From a virus (taxonomy: Duplodnaviria; Caudoviricetes): a DNA stretch of 64,000 nt. How positions within the stretch are numbered: position 1 is the first letter of the stretch; each line of letters begins with the position of its first letter. Below, piece by piece: positions 1 through 8,671 of the stretch. The notes below the pieces were generated by a model. The model worked only from the letters and a program-made list of their open reading frames with translations, was not told the DNA's origin and ran no database searches. Made by a program: the position numbers and the translations under genes. Location: positions 1 to 64,000 of IMG/VR virus record IMGVR_UViG_3300043726_000004, one strand, 5' to 3'.

Positions 1-239
1 GGAGGTTCAGGTCGGGTGATGCCGACCGCTCCGGGACTCTGGCAGTTGAGCGGCAACGACGCCGTGCCTTTCAGCTGCGCCGCGGTCCCGGAGCCGAGTC
101 GGCCTTCGGGCCGTTTGGCGCGCTTAGCGGAGGGTCCGAGACAGCCAGCCAGTGGCAGACCTTGGACACGCGCGAGGATTCAGCCCATAAACCAGGTATT
201 GGTAAGTGTCCGCAGTAAAATTGGAGGGGCCAAAAGCCC

Positions 240-270
240 TTGTTTTCGAGCGCGGGCACTATGTTATAAT
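240..270 (+). promoter_or_regulatory. sigma70-type promoter (TTGTTT...TGTTATAAT)
   Basis: Extended -10 TGnTATAAT at 262-270; the upstream AAAATTGGAGGGGCCAA is repeated ahead of the promoter near 1537. Confidence 0.65.
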
Positions 271-330
271 ATAGTAGATGAAGCAACACTACCACGACAA
301 AATCAACCGTGCTTCATCGGAGGTAAGGTA

Positions 331-816
331 ATGGCCAAGGGCCACAACGAACCAGAACAGGGCAACGAGCCCCAGGTCGACGCTGAGCAGTCGAACGTGG
401 AACAGGAACTCGAGCAGCTGGGCAACGAGCAGCCGCAAGAGGACCCACAGACGGACGAGACGCCGCAAGAGTCCGAGGACGGAACACTTGCACCGGCGCC
501 GACGCAGACTGCACCAGGTGCGACGGTCTCGGAAGAGGCGAAGCGAACGCCGTCGGTCATCGCCGAGACGAACCAGCAGAAAGCGGCCGCGCTGCGTGCG
601 CAGTACGCACCGCAACTGGACGCAATCGGCAACAACATGTCGGCCAAGATCCGACTCCTTCACGACGCGGGACTGAGCAAAGGCGACATCAGTCGGGTGC
701 TCCAGATTCAGTTCCAGTTCGTTCGCAATGTCGTGTTCAACTACGACATGAAGAAGGAGAAGGAAGCACGCGACGCTGCGGCGAAGGCTCAGCAGCCGGC
801 GAGCACCGCGTCGTAG
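331..816 (+). CDS. HTH DNA-binding protein with acidic/disordered N-terminus
   Basis: ATG at 331 after GGAGGT (319-324); C-terminal SAKIRLLHDAGLSKGDISRVLQIQFQFVRNV is HTH-like and resembles four other ORFs in the window. The upstream in-frame extension overlaps the promoter. Confidence 0.65.
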   Translation: MAKGHNEPEQGNEPQVDAEQSNVEQELEQLGNEQPQEDPQTDETPQESEDGTLAPAPTQTAPGATVSEEAKRTPSVIAETNQQKAAALRAQYAPQLDAIGNNMSAKIRLLHDAGLSKGDISRVLQIQFQFVRNVVFNYDMKKEKEARDAAAKAQQPASTAS

Positions 817-886
817 TCGACGTCAGCGGGTGGGGAGGAGGCGCTCCACCCCCTACGTCGCCTAACCGAGGCGAGAAGGAGTAGGA

Positions 887-1165
887 ATGTACACACCGGA
901 AGAGGACGCGCGGTATATGCGTGATCCGGATAAGTGGCCACACTGGCCGGTTCTTCCCTTGGTCGAGAGGGATGTCGAAGGCTCGCAGCGGCGATCAGGT
1001 ATCATGGTCGAGCAGAAGAAGGGTGAGCAGCCCAAGGTCTGGGTCAACGCGATCATGTGGCAGCTGAAGGACGGCAACCTGATTCAGCAGCTGGACGCGA
1101 TGGCGAGCGAGGTCAAAGAGTACGAGTCGTTCGAGGCGCTTGCGCAGCAGTGGAGAATCGATTAG
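887..1165 (+). CDS. hypothetical phage protein
   Basis: ATG after AAGGAG RBS; its stop overlaps the next start. Confidence 0.7.
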   Translation: MYTPEEDARYMRDPDKWPHWPVLPLVERDVEGSQRRSGIMVEQKKGEQPKVWVNAIMWQLKDGNLIQQLDAMASEVKEYESFEALAQQWRID

Positions 1166-1461
1166 TGGCGAAGACGTACAGGTGCGAATGGGGACATACC
1201 AACCCACCCATCCGCGAGGAGATCAAGGCGTACGCCACTAGGTTGGTCAAGCTCGCAGGTGCGGTCTGGAGACCGACCGAGGACTGGCAGTTCAGCGAGA
1301 TCGACCACGTGGTCATGAACTCGGTTGGTCCGGCAAAGTTCTGTGCCGAACAAGTCGAGCTCCACGGCGACGGGGATCTGATCAAGGAAGGCGATGTGTG
1401 CTCGTGCAGCGTGCATCAGACGCGTGAGTGCGGTAAAACCCTCACAGTCGTTAGCGGATAG
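1165..1461 (+). CDS. hypothetical Cys/His-containing protein
   Basis: GTG overlapping the upstream TAG; followed by a GC hairpin (about 1474-1511). Confidence 0.55.
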   Translation: MAKTYRCEWGHTNPPIREEIKAYATRLVKLAGAVWRPTEDWQFSEIDHVVMNSVGPAKFCAEQVELHGDGDLIKEGDVCSCSVHQTRECGKTLTVVSG

Positions 1462-1626
1462 TACCCCTGCTCCGGCAGGAAGGGATCCGAAAGGGTCCCT
1501 TCCTTGCTGCCCAAAAATTGGAGGGGCCAACGGGCCTTGATTTGCCCTTATGGACCTCAGTTATAATTTTAGTGATGAGGCTAATACAACCGATAACAGT
1601 GAAGCCTCACAGAAGGAGTAGTACGC

Positions 1627-2223
1627 ATGCCTAACGCGGCAGAGTACAGGGATCATGAACGAGAGTACCAGGGTGCTCGCGTTCTCGTTCTAACGCCTTA
1701 CGAGGCGGTAGTTACATTGGCGTACGCGAAGAGTGCGCGTGACGACGCGTTCGAGCACCTGGATCAGCTGGATCCGGAGGACCTGGCCACTACGAACAGT
1801 GATCTACAGGCGCTAGACGGCGTTCTCGAACGTGTCGAGAAGCTCGTGGACCGGCCACGCGTAGCGGCAACGAGCCGGTTCGAGACGACAAAGGACGCAG
1901 ACGGCGAGGAGGAACTATACGACGAGACCGCATGGTACTGGGCCGGTAACAGTTGGGAACGACGGCTCATTCTGCAGGGCAGTTACGGGCGATCCGGCGA
2001 GCTCAAGCGCCTAACCGGTGAGGACGGTACGCCTAACGGGCAGAGACCTACACCACGTGTCGAGGACATACTGGAACTGTGGAGCGTGTTCCGCGGCGCC
2101 GAGGAGTACCACGACGGTGAGACCTCACTGGAGGACTTCGCGAACTGGATCCTAGCGCAAGGGAGCTTCGGTGACAAGGAACTCCTCAGTGAGGATCCTG
2201 CACCCTGCAAGGTAATCTGGTAA
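1627..2223 (+). CDS. hypothetical acidic protein
   Basis: AAGGAG RBS, own promoter (about 1537-1567), hairpin GGGTAGGAC-AGT-GTCCTACCC downstream. Confidence 0.7.
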   Translation: MPNAAEYRDHEREYQGARVLVLTPYEAVVTLAYAKSARDDAFEHLDQLDPEDLATTNSDLQALDGVLERVEKLVDRPRVAATSRFETTKDADGEEELYDETAWYWAGNSWERRLILQGSYGRSGELKRLTGEDGTPNGQRPTPRVEDILELWSVFRGAEEYHDGETSLEDFANWILAQGSFGDKELLSEDPAPCKVIW

Positions 2224-2754
2224 GGGTAGGGGTAGGGGTAGGACAGTGTCCTACCCTTTACTCCGGGCGACGGTCCAGCAAGGCCCAGTGCCCGGAGCGG
2301 ACCGCACGGGAAGGTTCTGCGACGTGGTATCTTTGTTTGTTGGGCAGTCGACCTCAGATCGGTGGCCTTTTCGATCAGAAGGAGCCCGGAGCCCGAGGTT
2401 CCAAAACGTCCGTTTGGGCGGAAATTGTTGGTTGGTTTGTCGGGCTTTTCGAGCCTTTCGGGCGGCCTGGCCCGTTCCTTCCGTAATAGGGAGTGCCACC
2501 GGTCCGTACGGCCATGCAACCCCACCGGGATAAGGACGCTGTTCCATATCTCTGGCAGTCGGTCGGAACAGTGCCGTCCAGAGCAAAGGAGGACCCGTTG
2601 ATGTACCCCTACTGATCATGATAAAATAGAATCAGACACAATCCACGGAGGAACGTTCGTCCCATCCAATTTTATTTTTGGTCTATGACGGTTCCTTGAT
2701 TTTTACCCCGTTCAGTGTGTTATAATAAAATTATCAAGGAGAAGGAGAACGCAG

Positions 2755-3036
2755 ATGGCGGAACCGCAGTTCGCACCGGCGTCGATGACGGCAGACGTCA
2801 GAACACGTTTAGCGGACTACCTCGAAGGACTAGCGTTCAGGCTCGAAGGCGCAAGGAATGCCGGAGACGAAGAAGCCGAAGCGGCAATCGAACGCGAGTT
2901 ACACGAAGTGGCAGATCAGCTCCGAAGCCACAACCTCGTACCGGGAGCAACGACGATTACCAGCTACGACGGAGGCGATCAATCGACCGCCGAAGAAGGA
3001 CTAACGCTGAGGAGCAACAGTGGCGAACCCAACTAA
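2755..3036 (+). CDS. hypothetical protein
   Basis: AAGGAG RBS, promoter at about 2696-2726. Confidence 0.65.
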   Translation: MAEPQFAPASMTADVRTRLADYLEGLAFRLEGARNAGDEEAEAAIERELHEVADQLRSHNLVPGATTITSYDGGDQSTAEEGLTLRSNSGEPN

Positions 3037-3226
3037 CAGCATCAGGCGAGCGACCAAGATCACGTTCAGTGTCGCAGGTGGGATCAGTGGCGGCAACAGG
3101 AGCAGGGGACGAGGCAGAGGGAGAGGCAGAGGACGCCAAAGACGCAGGGGAGGATTCAACTGGGTAGGCTTCCTATTCTGGGGCTTCGTAATCCTGATGA
3201 TCCTAGCAGCGTTCGGAGGTCACTGA
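3020..3226 (+). CDS. small membrane protein with an RG-repeat tract
   Basis: GAGGAG RBS; RGRGRGRGRGRQRRR followed by a C-terminal hydrophobic helix. Confidence 0.55.
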   Translation: MANPTNSIRRATKITFSVAGGISGGNRSRGRGRGRGRGRQRRRGGFNWVGFLFWGFVILMILAAFGGH

Positions 3227-3232
3227 GTACGA

Positions 3233-3496
3233 ATGATCGGTCATAAACTGACGGACATAGAGCACATGACTCTGACAACGGTCGACGCAGCAGGTGCACT
3301 GGAAACGTACGACGAAGGCACCGCGGAACTGGAGGAGGACGCAGAAGGACACCCGAACGCACAAGGCTCCATCTACTTCCGTGACGTGGACTACAACGAA
3401 TACTGCGTTCACGGTACACCGGACGAAATCCGACGGCTCATCAATCAGTTGCCGAGCAAGCCTTACGGCTGGCAGGCGTTCCAAAACAAGGAGTAG
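3233..3496 (+). CDS. hypothetical protein
   Basis: GGAGG RBS; fills the gap in the operon. Confidence 0.6.
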   Translation: MIGHKLTDIEHMTLTTVDAAGALETYDEGTAELEEDAEGHPNAQGSIYFRDVDYNEYCVHGTPDEIRRLINQLPSKPYGWQAFQNKE

Positions 3497-3503
3497 GTAG
3501 AAC

Positions 3504-3779
3504 ATGGCGCAGCGAGCAGCACCAGTGACACACGTCACCACACCGGCCGGCATCGAAATCGGCGGGAACTACTACGACGAGATCGAATTCGTCGGCGAGG
3601 TCGAAAAGGGCAAGGGCTACATCACCGTCATTCGCGGCCGTAAGGGGTCAACGTGGACCCTGCGCATTCAGGAGTGGTGGCAGACGAACGAAGGCAAGTG
3701 GGCACCCGGCAAGAACGGTTGCAGCCTCCCACTCGACGACTCGACTCTGGCGGAGTTGATCGCCAAGGGCTTCGAGTAG
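3504..3779 (+). CDS. PC4/YdbC-like ssDNA-binding protein
   Basis: LRIQEWW...GKWAPGKNGCSL matches the PC4-fold pattern (IREW...W.PGK.GISL); AAGGAG RBS. Confidence 0.6.
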   Translation: MAQRAAPVTHVTTPAGIEIGGNYYDEIEFVGEVEKGKGYITVIRGRKGSTWTLRIQEWWQTNEGKWAPGKNGCSLPLDDSTLAELIAKGFE

Positions 3780-4078
3780 CAGGAGCATAACGGAACCGAA
3801 CGAGGCCCAAACAAGCCTCGTTCTTTCCGTTTGCGTACAAGGGGGCCGGCTAGTTTTGATCGGAGGGTCACCCAATTCTTGAACCTCGGTTACAGAACGG
3901 GGGCACTTTTCAGCCCAAAGAAACGCCCGGAGCCGAGGTCGCAGAAAATCCGTTTGGCGGAAAATCCAGCATGGACGGTGCCGATGAAAAATTGTGTCCA
4001 GTGCGGGTCTTGATTTTATCCTGGACAAATAACATACAATAGAATTAGACCAAAAGAAGCAGGAGTAGGAAGCGGTAC

Positions 4079-4657
4079 ATGGCACATGCGGACGAGGAGG
4101 AAGAGCAGTACGACGTCGATCAAATCCTTGCCGAAGCAAGCCCAACCCAAATAAGGGCGGCGGAAGCAATCGTCGAGGCCAAGATCGCAAATGGCGAGAT
4201 CACCAACGGTCAAGATCGCTTACGTGCAATTGCAGACCTGGTGATAGAAATGGACGAGGCTGAGGCACACCAAGAGGTACAGAAACGCTTAGGCCTCATG
4301 GATAAGGGCATCCAAAGAGCCCAACAAGCAACAGAGGCCGATGCCGCAGAGCATCGTCGGAATCAGTATCCTGAGTGGTGGGATGAGTACAGAGAGGCGG
4401 TAGCTACCCAAAAGATTCGGGGCACGCAAAACGCCCGTATTCTGTTCTTCCTGCAGAAAGGAATGCTCGTCAAAGACGTGGCGAAGATGCTGGGGGTTAG
4501 GTATCAGATCGTGTACCAAACAGCGTCCTGGCATGATTTAGCTGGTCCGAAGGAAGGGCAAGTCACATGTAAAGTATGCGGTAGACCATTGATTCAACCG
4601 AACAGTACAGCACGAGGCACAGGACCAATCTGTGCAAAGGGTGGAAAGCACAAATAA
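4079..4657 (+). CDS. HTH protein with C-terminal DUF6011-like zinc finger
   Basis: VKDVAKMLGVRYQIVYQ HTH, then CKVCGRPL..PNSTARGTGPICAK. Confidence 0.7.
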   Translation: MAHADEEEEQYDVDQILAEASPTQIRAAEAIVEAKIANGEITNGQDRLRAIADLVIEMDEAEAHQEVQKRLGLMDKGIQRAQQATEADAAEHRRNQYPEWWDEYREAVATQKIRGTQNARILFFLQKGMLVKDVAKMLGVRYQIVYQTASWHDLAGPKEGQVTCKVCGRPLIQPNSTARGTGPICAKGGKHK

Positions 4658-4659
4658 GC

Positions 4660-4857
4660 ATGACAACAGCACAGGATGCACGCATGACAGCGCTACAGCT
4701 CAAAGGCGCACTCAACGTCGCCAAGGAACTTATCGAACCATTAGGACGATTCCAGAACATCGCCGCAGACCGAGAAGCCGCCGAGCTCGTCGAAGACGCC
4801 ATGAAGCAGCTCAACGACGCCCACGATGCTTGGCAGCTGGCAGTCAAGAAGGCGTAA
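4660..4857 (+). CDS. hypothetical protein
   Basis: Packed directly after the previous gene; helical composition. Confidence 0.55.
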   Translation: MTTAQDARMTALQLKGALNVAKELIEPLGRFQNIAADREAAELVEDAMKQLNDAHDAWQLAVKKA

Positions 4858-4871
4858 GGAACAACTAGCAC

Positions 4872-5213
4872 ATGTCGTTCACTATTCATACCACGAGGTT
4901 TCTGACGAAGGAACAAGTGGTACTTCTCAACCAAGAAAGTCTGGACAAGCAAAGCCCAGCAGCACAACCACAGGAAATCGTCGACGCACTCGACGAAGGA
5001 CGTTACGTCGTACAAGCCGCCAAGGTCAACACCGATACCGAACAAGTTCGTGCACGTGTTCTGGTGAACATCGGTATGATACCCTATCTGTGGGTAGAAA
5101 TGTCCTTAGAAGACTGGAGAATGCTACCTGTAGCAGAGATCCCTGGCGACGACGAGACGTGGAACTCGCTCCCACTTGAAATCCAGGACAGAACGGACAC
5201 CGAAGATGGATAA
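4872..5213 (+). CDS. hypothetical protein
   Basis: AAGGA RBS; followed by a hairpin (about 5219-5248). Confidence 0.6.
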   Translation: MSFTIHTTRFLTKEQVVLLNQESLDKQSPAAQPQEIVDALDEGRYVVQAAKVNTDTEQVRARVLVNIGMIPYLWVEMSLEDWRMLPVAEIPGDDETWNSLPLEIQDRTDTEDG

Positions 5214-5325
5214 CAGGCGAGGGATGCGTGCAAACGCATCCTCTCTCCAATAAGCGCCGACCCCTACACTTTGCACGTGAATTCAGAGTGCAAACCCGTT
5301 ATAATATAAGGAGAACCACCAGTAA

Positions 5326-6402
5326 ATGACAGCGCGACAGCAGGCAATGTACGTCCTATCCAGGGCCAACATTCCAGGGTCGGTAGCGTTCAGTCAAGGT
5401 TTCTTACGAGTAAGGCACAAATTCACAGTGAGAACGGAGGAAGACATTCAGACGTATGTGCGGCGGATTCTCTCTACACTACCGGGGGCAGAAGTCGACA
5501 ATACGTTCCTTACACAGTCCACATACCCATTTCCGTCCCACATCGAAATCTGGTTTCGACTTACCGGTGAGGCGTGCAGGCTCTTGGGGTGCGCCCAGAC
5601 ACCAGCGTACGCCGAGGCGCCTCTCGTCTCACCGGTCGGCCGAATCTACAGGGTCGGCAAGCGCAAGCGGGTGCACGAAGACGTGAGTGCGCCAAATAAA
5701 CAGAGTGAGCCTATAGGAGGGCAGACAACGATGACTATGCCACAAGGCACAGAGGAACTGGAAAACATGCAGAGCGAAACGGCGGCACAGCAGGCGCCAG
5801 AGAATCCGCAACCTGCTCCACAAACGCAACCACAGCCAACGGCGGGTCAGCCGGCGAATGGTCAGGACACGACCGCACCGAATGTGCAGGCTCAGTCTGC
5901 TGGTGCAGCAGGTCGTCCCCCGGCCCAACCGCTTCCCGAGGTTGCTGAGGGTTCAGAAGTAGATCAACTGCTGAAGAACAAAGACCTCAGCGACTCGGAG
6001 AAGGCGCGTCGTCTCGTGCAGGATCACAACTACACGATCGCCAACGCTGCCAAGCAGCTGTCCATCACGCGCGGCAAGCCCATGCGCTACCAGCAGGTCT
6101 ATCAGTCCCTGCATGGCAAAGAGATGCGCGCTGCACGCGACGTGAAGCAAGCAGGCGGGTCTCCTGATGAAGTCGAAGCCGCCCGCGAAAAGGCCAAGTC
6201 GACTCCACTTGGCACTTCCATCAAGGAGGGCCAGCAGGGCCAGCAAGGCCAAGCACAGCCGGGAACGCAGCCGGGTCCTGTTGGTACCAACGATCCTGGT
6301 GCTGCAGCCACAACTCCGGCAGTCACTCCGGAAACTGGTGCTGAGGTAACTTCCGAAGACACCGGCGAGGATGTCGCGGAACAGCCACAGCAACAGCCAT
6401 AA
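5326..6402 (+). CDS. HTH protein with Q/P-rich disordered flanks; probable internal start at 5731
   Basis: Promoter and AAGGAG upstream of 5326; second RBS AGGAGG before ATG 5731; core motif IANAAKQL...MRYQQVYQ. Confidence 0.65.
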   Translation: MTARQQAMYVLSRANIPGSVAFSQGFLRVRHKFTVRTEEDIQTYVRRILSTLPGAEVDNTFLTQSTYPFPSHIEIWFRLTGEACRLLGCAQTPAYAEAPLVSPVGRIYRVGKRKRVHEDVSAPNKQSEPIGGQTTMTMPQGTEELENMQSETAAQQAPENPQPAPQTQPQPTAGQPANGQDTTAPNVQAQSAGAAGRPPAQPLPEVAEGSEVDQLLKNKDLSDSEKARRLVQDHNYTIANAAKQLSITRGKPMRYQQVYQSLHGKEMRAARDVKQAGGSPDEVEAAREKAKSTPLGTSIKEGQQGQQGQAQPGTQPGPVGTNDPGAAATTPAVTPETGAEVTSEDTGEDVAEQPQQQP

Positions 6403-6468
6403 GCGGACCGAGTTGTCCCTCGGTAGGTAGGGGTCGGAGAATCGGGAGCTCCGACCTTCTACCAACAA

Positions 6469-6516
6469 GATAGACCTCGAGGCAGGACCCGTCACCTGCT
6501 TCGGGGTCTATTTTTG
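6469..6516 (+). terminator. intrinsic terminator
   Basis: ATAGACCTCGAGGCAGG/CCTGCTTCGGGGTCTAT stem followed by a T run. Confidence 0.75.
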
Positions 6517-6529
6517 TGCTCCGCGAACA

Positions 6530-6780
6530 CTACCGTTACATTACCGATACACGTACGCGCGTATCTACTTATACTACTCTCCTAAAATATACCCTTACAT
6601 TACCATTATATCCATTACATCTATACATCATCCTATTTACCCTATTTACCATGTAATCTTGTACTTATCCTATCTATAATATAATGGTTCATTTTACCTT
6701 CCTTATTTATTAGTATAGGATAAGACATGGATATATAATGTAATAGTAGAGATTCACCCGGACAAACTTTGAAATTCCAC
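6530..6780. other. AT-rich non-coding tract, candidate replication origin
   Basis: Sharp GC drop, TTACATTACC at 6536 and 6595, C-rich then G-rich halves with imperfect inverted symmetry, about 2 kb upstream of the primase-helicase. Confidence 0.45.
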
Positions 6781-6792
6781 CCTCATCTGCAC

Positions 6793-6822
6793 TTGACAAC
6801 CCTTGCTGTTCCATGATATAAT
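6793..6822 (+). promoter_or_regulatory. consensus sigma70 promoter giving a probable leaderless mRNA
   Basis: TTGACA 6793-6798, TGnTATAAT 6814-6822, ATG at 6829 with no SD. Confidence 0.75.
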
Positions 6823-6828
6823 AGATGT

Positions 6829-7572
6829 ATGACAAACAGCGCGCTCGAGTCTAGGCAGTACGCTGCTCAAGTCCGTGCAGAAACACGACACATGACCATA
6901 CAGGCATATGGCGGGAAGTGCGTGTGCTGTGGAGAGACCGAAGAGCGTCTCCTCCTACTTGCATACGGGAACATCGAAGAGGTGAAACGTACCGAAAACC
7001 GGCATCCTCTGGATCAAATACCTGCAGAGTACAGATGGCTCCGTACGCACAACTTTCCCGTACATACCCGTATGCTGATATGCCGTAAATGCAACCTCCG
7101 ATCGGACAGGGAACACTTCCCTGGCAAATGTGACATCGACCACGAAGAGTACAAACGACCTGGCATCTACGACGAGATCGACGACTTGGCCCACCTCCGC
7201 GCTATAAAGGAATTCGCGGAACAAGGCAAGCCAAGACCGACAGCACCACTAGAAGTACTCCTTAGGTACAGCCGACGAGACCTTGTGGACGACGAACAGG
7301 AGTTCGTAGACCTGTACAGGAAGTACTTCTACAATCATGCCAGGTCCCTCAGGAATACTGCCGAATACCATCGCCTCAAGGCTGAGATGGTACGCAGCAT
7401 GGACCCTAACCGTCTCGATGGAACGGGCTACGTGGAGGAGGTAAAAAGCCAGTATTGGCCCGATCCGAACAATCCTGGTCAGCCTGTCAACGTCGACCTT
7501 GACAAGGACCCTGACGCAAATCTGTACCATCCCGTTACCATCATTGGCGAGGTCGAATTCAGCGATGAATAA
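6829..7572 (+). CDS. degenerate HNH-like zinc-binding protein
   Basis: YGGKCVCCGE...LICRKCN pattern; the usual DH motif is absent. Confidence 0.55.
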   Translation: MTNSALESRQYAAQVRAETRHMTIQAYGGKCVCCGETEERLLLLAYGNIEEVKRTENRHPLDQIPAEYRWLRTHNFPVHTRMLICRKCNLRSDREHFPGKCDIDHEEYKRPGIYDEIDDLAHLRAIKEFAEQGKPRPTAPLEVLLRYSRRDLVDDEQEFVDLYRKYFYNHARSLRNTAEYHRLKAEMVRSMDPNRLDGTGYVEEVKSQYWPDPNNPGQPVNVDLDKDPDANLYHPVTIIGEVEFSDE

Positions 7573-7663
7573 GTCCCACGGTGTCAATCTTCTCTTTGCA
7601 CTTGAGTTTCCCCTATGACCATGATCTATAATATAGTCAACCTTAGAATAGGAGCGTTTCGTA

Positions 7664-7954
7664 GTGGCACAACAGCCCGGCAATGCGAGCCCTGAAAAAG
7701 TGCGAGAACTGATCACCAGGGCTCTGCGGCGCTATCCACGGATGAACATCTCAATGCTGACGCCGATCGTGCGCCCGTACCAACGTCTGTGGAAACACAC
7801 GTTGGAAGAGATGGTCCAGGATGGCAGTGTTATTCGGGAAAGTGATCTTACGGGGAGCCGCCTCGTGTTTAGCTATCGGCTTGCTGAGGATCCTGTCCTT
7901 GCAGCAGTAGCCGATATGCAAGAAACGGAAGAGCCCGAACCAACAGCCGCGTAA
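7664..7954 (+). CDS. putative winged-helix protein
   Basis: Promoter at about 7602-7632, AGGAG RBS; LEEMVQDGSV...FSYRLA wing pattern. Confidence 0.5.
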   Translation: MAQQPGNASPEKVRELITRALRRYPRMNISMLTPIVRPYQRLWKHTLEEMVQDGSVIRESDLTGSRLVFSYRLAEDPVLAAVADMQETEEPEPTAA

Positions 7955-7976
7955 CCTGAGAGGCAGAACGACGGGT

Positions 7977-8648
7977 ATGTCTAACGTTGCGCCTAACATG
8001 GACCCACCATCGATAACGATTCGACGTCGACGTCGGCCCGCAATAGATGCCGATGGCAACCCGATCGATCCGTCTCTGTGCGTCGAGTGCGGAAAGGCCC
8101 CGAAGGGCAAAAACAGTTATTGCCCGCCATGCGACGCTAAACGGGCTAAAGCCTACTACGAAGCACACAAGGCAGACCGCGCAAAGTATCATCGCGCACG
8201 GTATCTGAACAAGAAGGTCGCACGTCTCAAAGCAGCCCGCTACGAGGCAGTTGCCGAGAAGCGAAAGGCGGCGAGCAGAGCATACTACCACGAACACCGC
8301 GAGGAAAGGCTCCAATACTTCCAGAGTGAAAGGGGGAAAGCGGTTGGCAGAGCCGCGGCACTGCGACGTAAGGCTAGAATGCTGAAACAGACGGAACCCA
8401 CATCACCTCGATGGCGACGGGCCGAGATCATTGAGCGCGATAAGTCCATATGCTTCTGGTGCAAAACCTTGGTCGCCGAAGACGACTTGCATATTGACCA
8501 CATCGTGCCGATCGCAAAAGGTGGTTCCGATTCGGCGAACAACGTGGCAGTGACACATAAGCTCTGTAACCTCACCCGGCCCCGTAAGTACCGGGATCCT
8601 GCCGCAGAAGCGCTACGACGGGAGCTGCTATCTGTCACTAGTGAATAG
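7977..8648 (+). CDS. HNH endonuclease
   Basis: ICFWCK...LHIDHIVPIAKGGSDSANNVAVTHKLCN. Confidence 0.85.
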   Translation: MSNVAPNMDPPSITIRRRRRPAIDADGNPIDPSLCVECGKAPKGKNSYCPPCDAKRAKAYYEAHKADRAKYHRARYLNKKVARLKAARYEAVAEKRKAASRAYYHEHREERLQYFQSERGKAVGRAAALRRKARMLKQTEPTSPRWRRAEIIERDKSICFWCKTLVAEDDLHIDHIVPIAKGGSDSANNVAVTHKLCNLTRPRKYRDPAAEALRRELLSVTSE

Positions 8649-8671
8649 CCACCGACAAGAAGCCGAGGGAC

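Noticed and set aside
16-330. N-terminal extension of the first ORF (and similar extensions at 13978, 21551, 44953, 54255 and 60431)
   Set aside because: These overlap promoters or upstream genes; downstream starts with RBSs or coupled stops fit better.
2224-2256. G-quadruplex or telomere-like GGGGTA repeat
   Set aside because: Only three full G-runs, and the last forms part of a simple hairpin after a stop codon.
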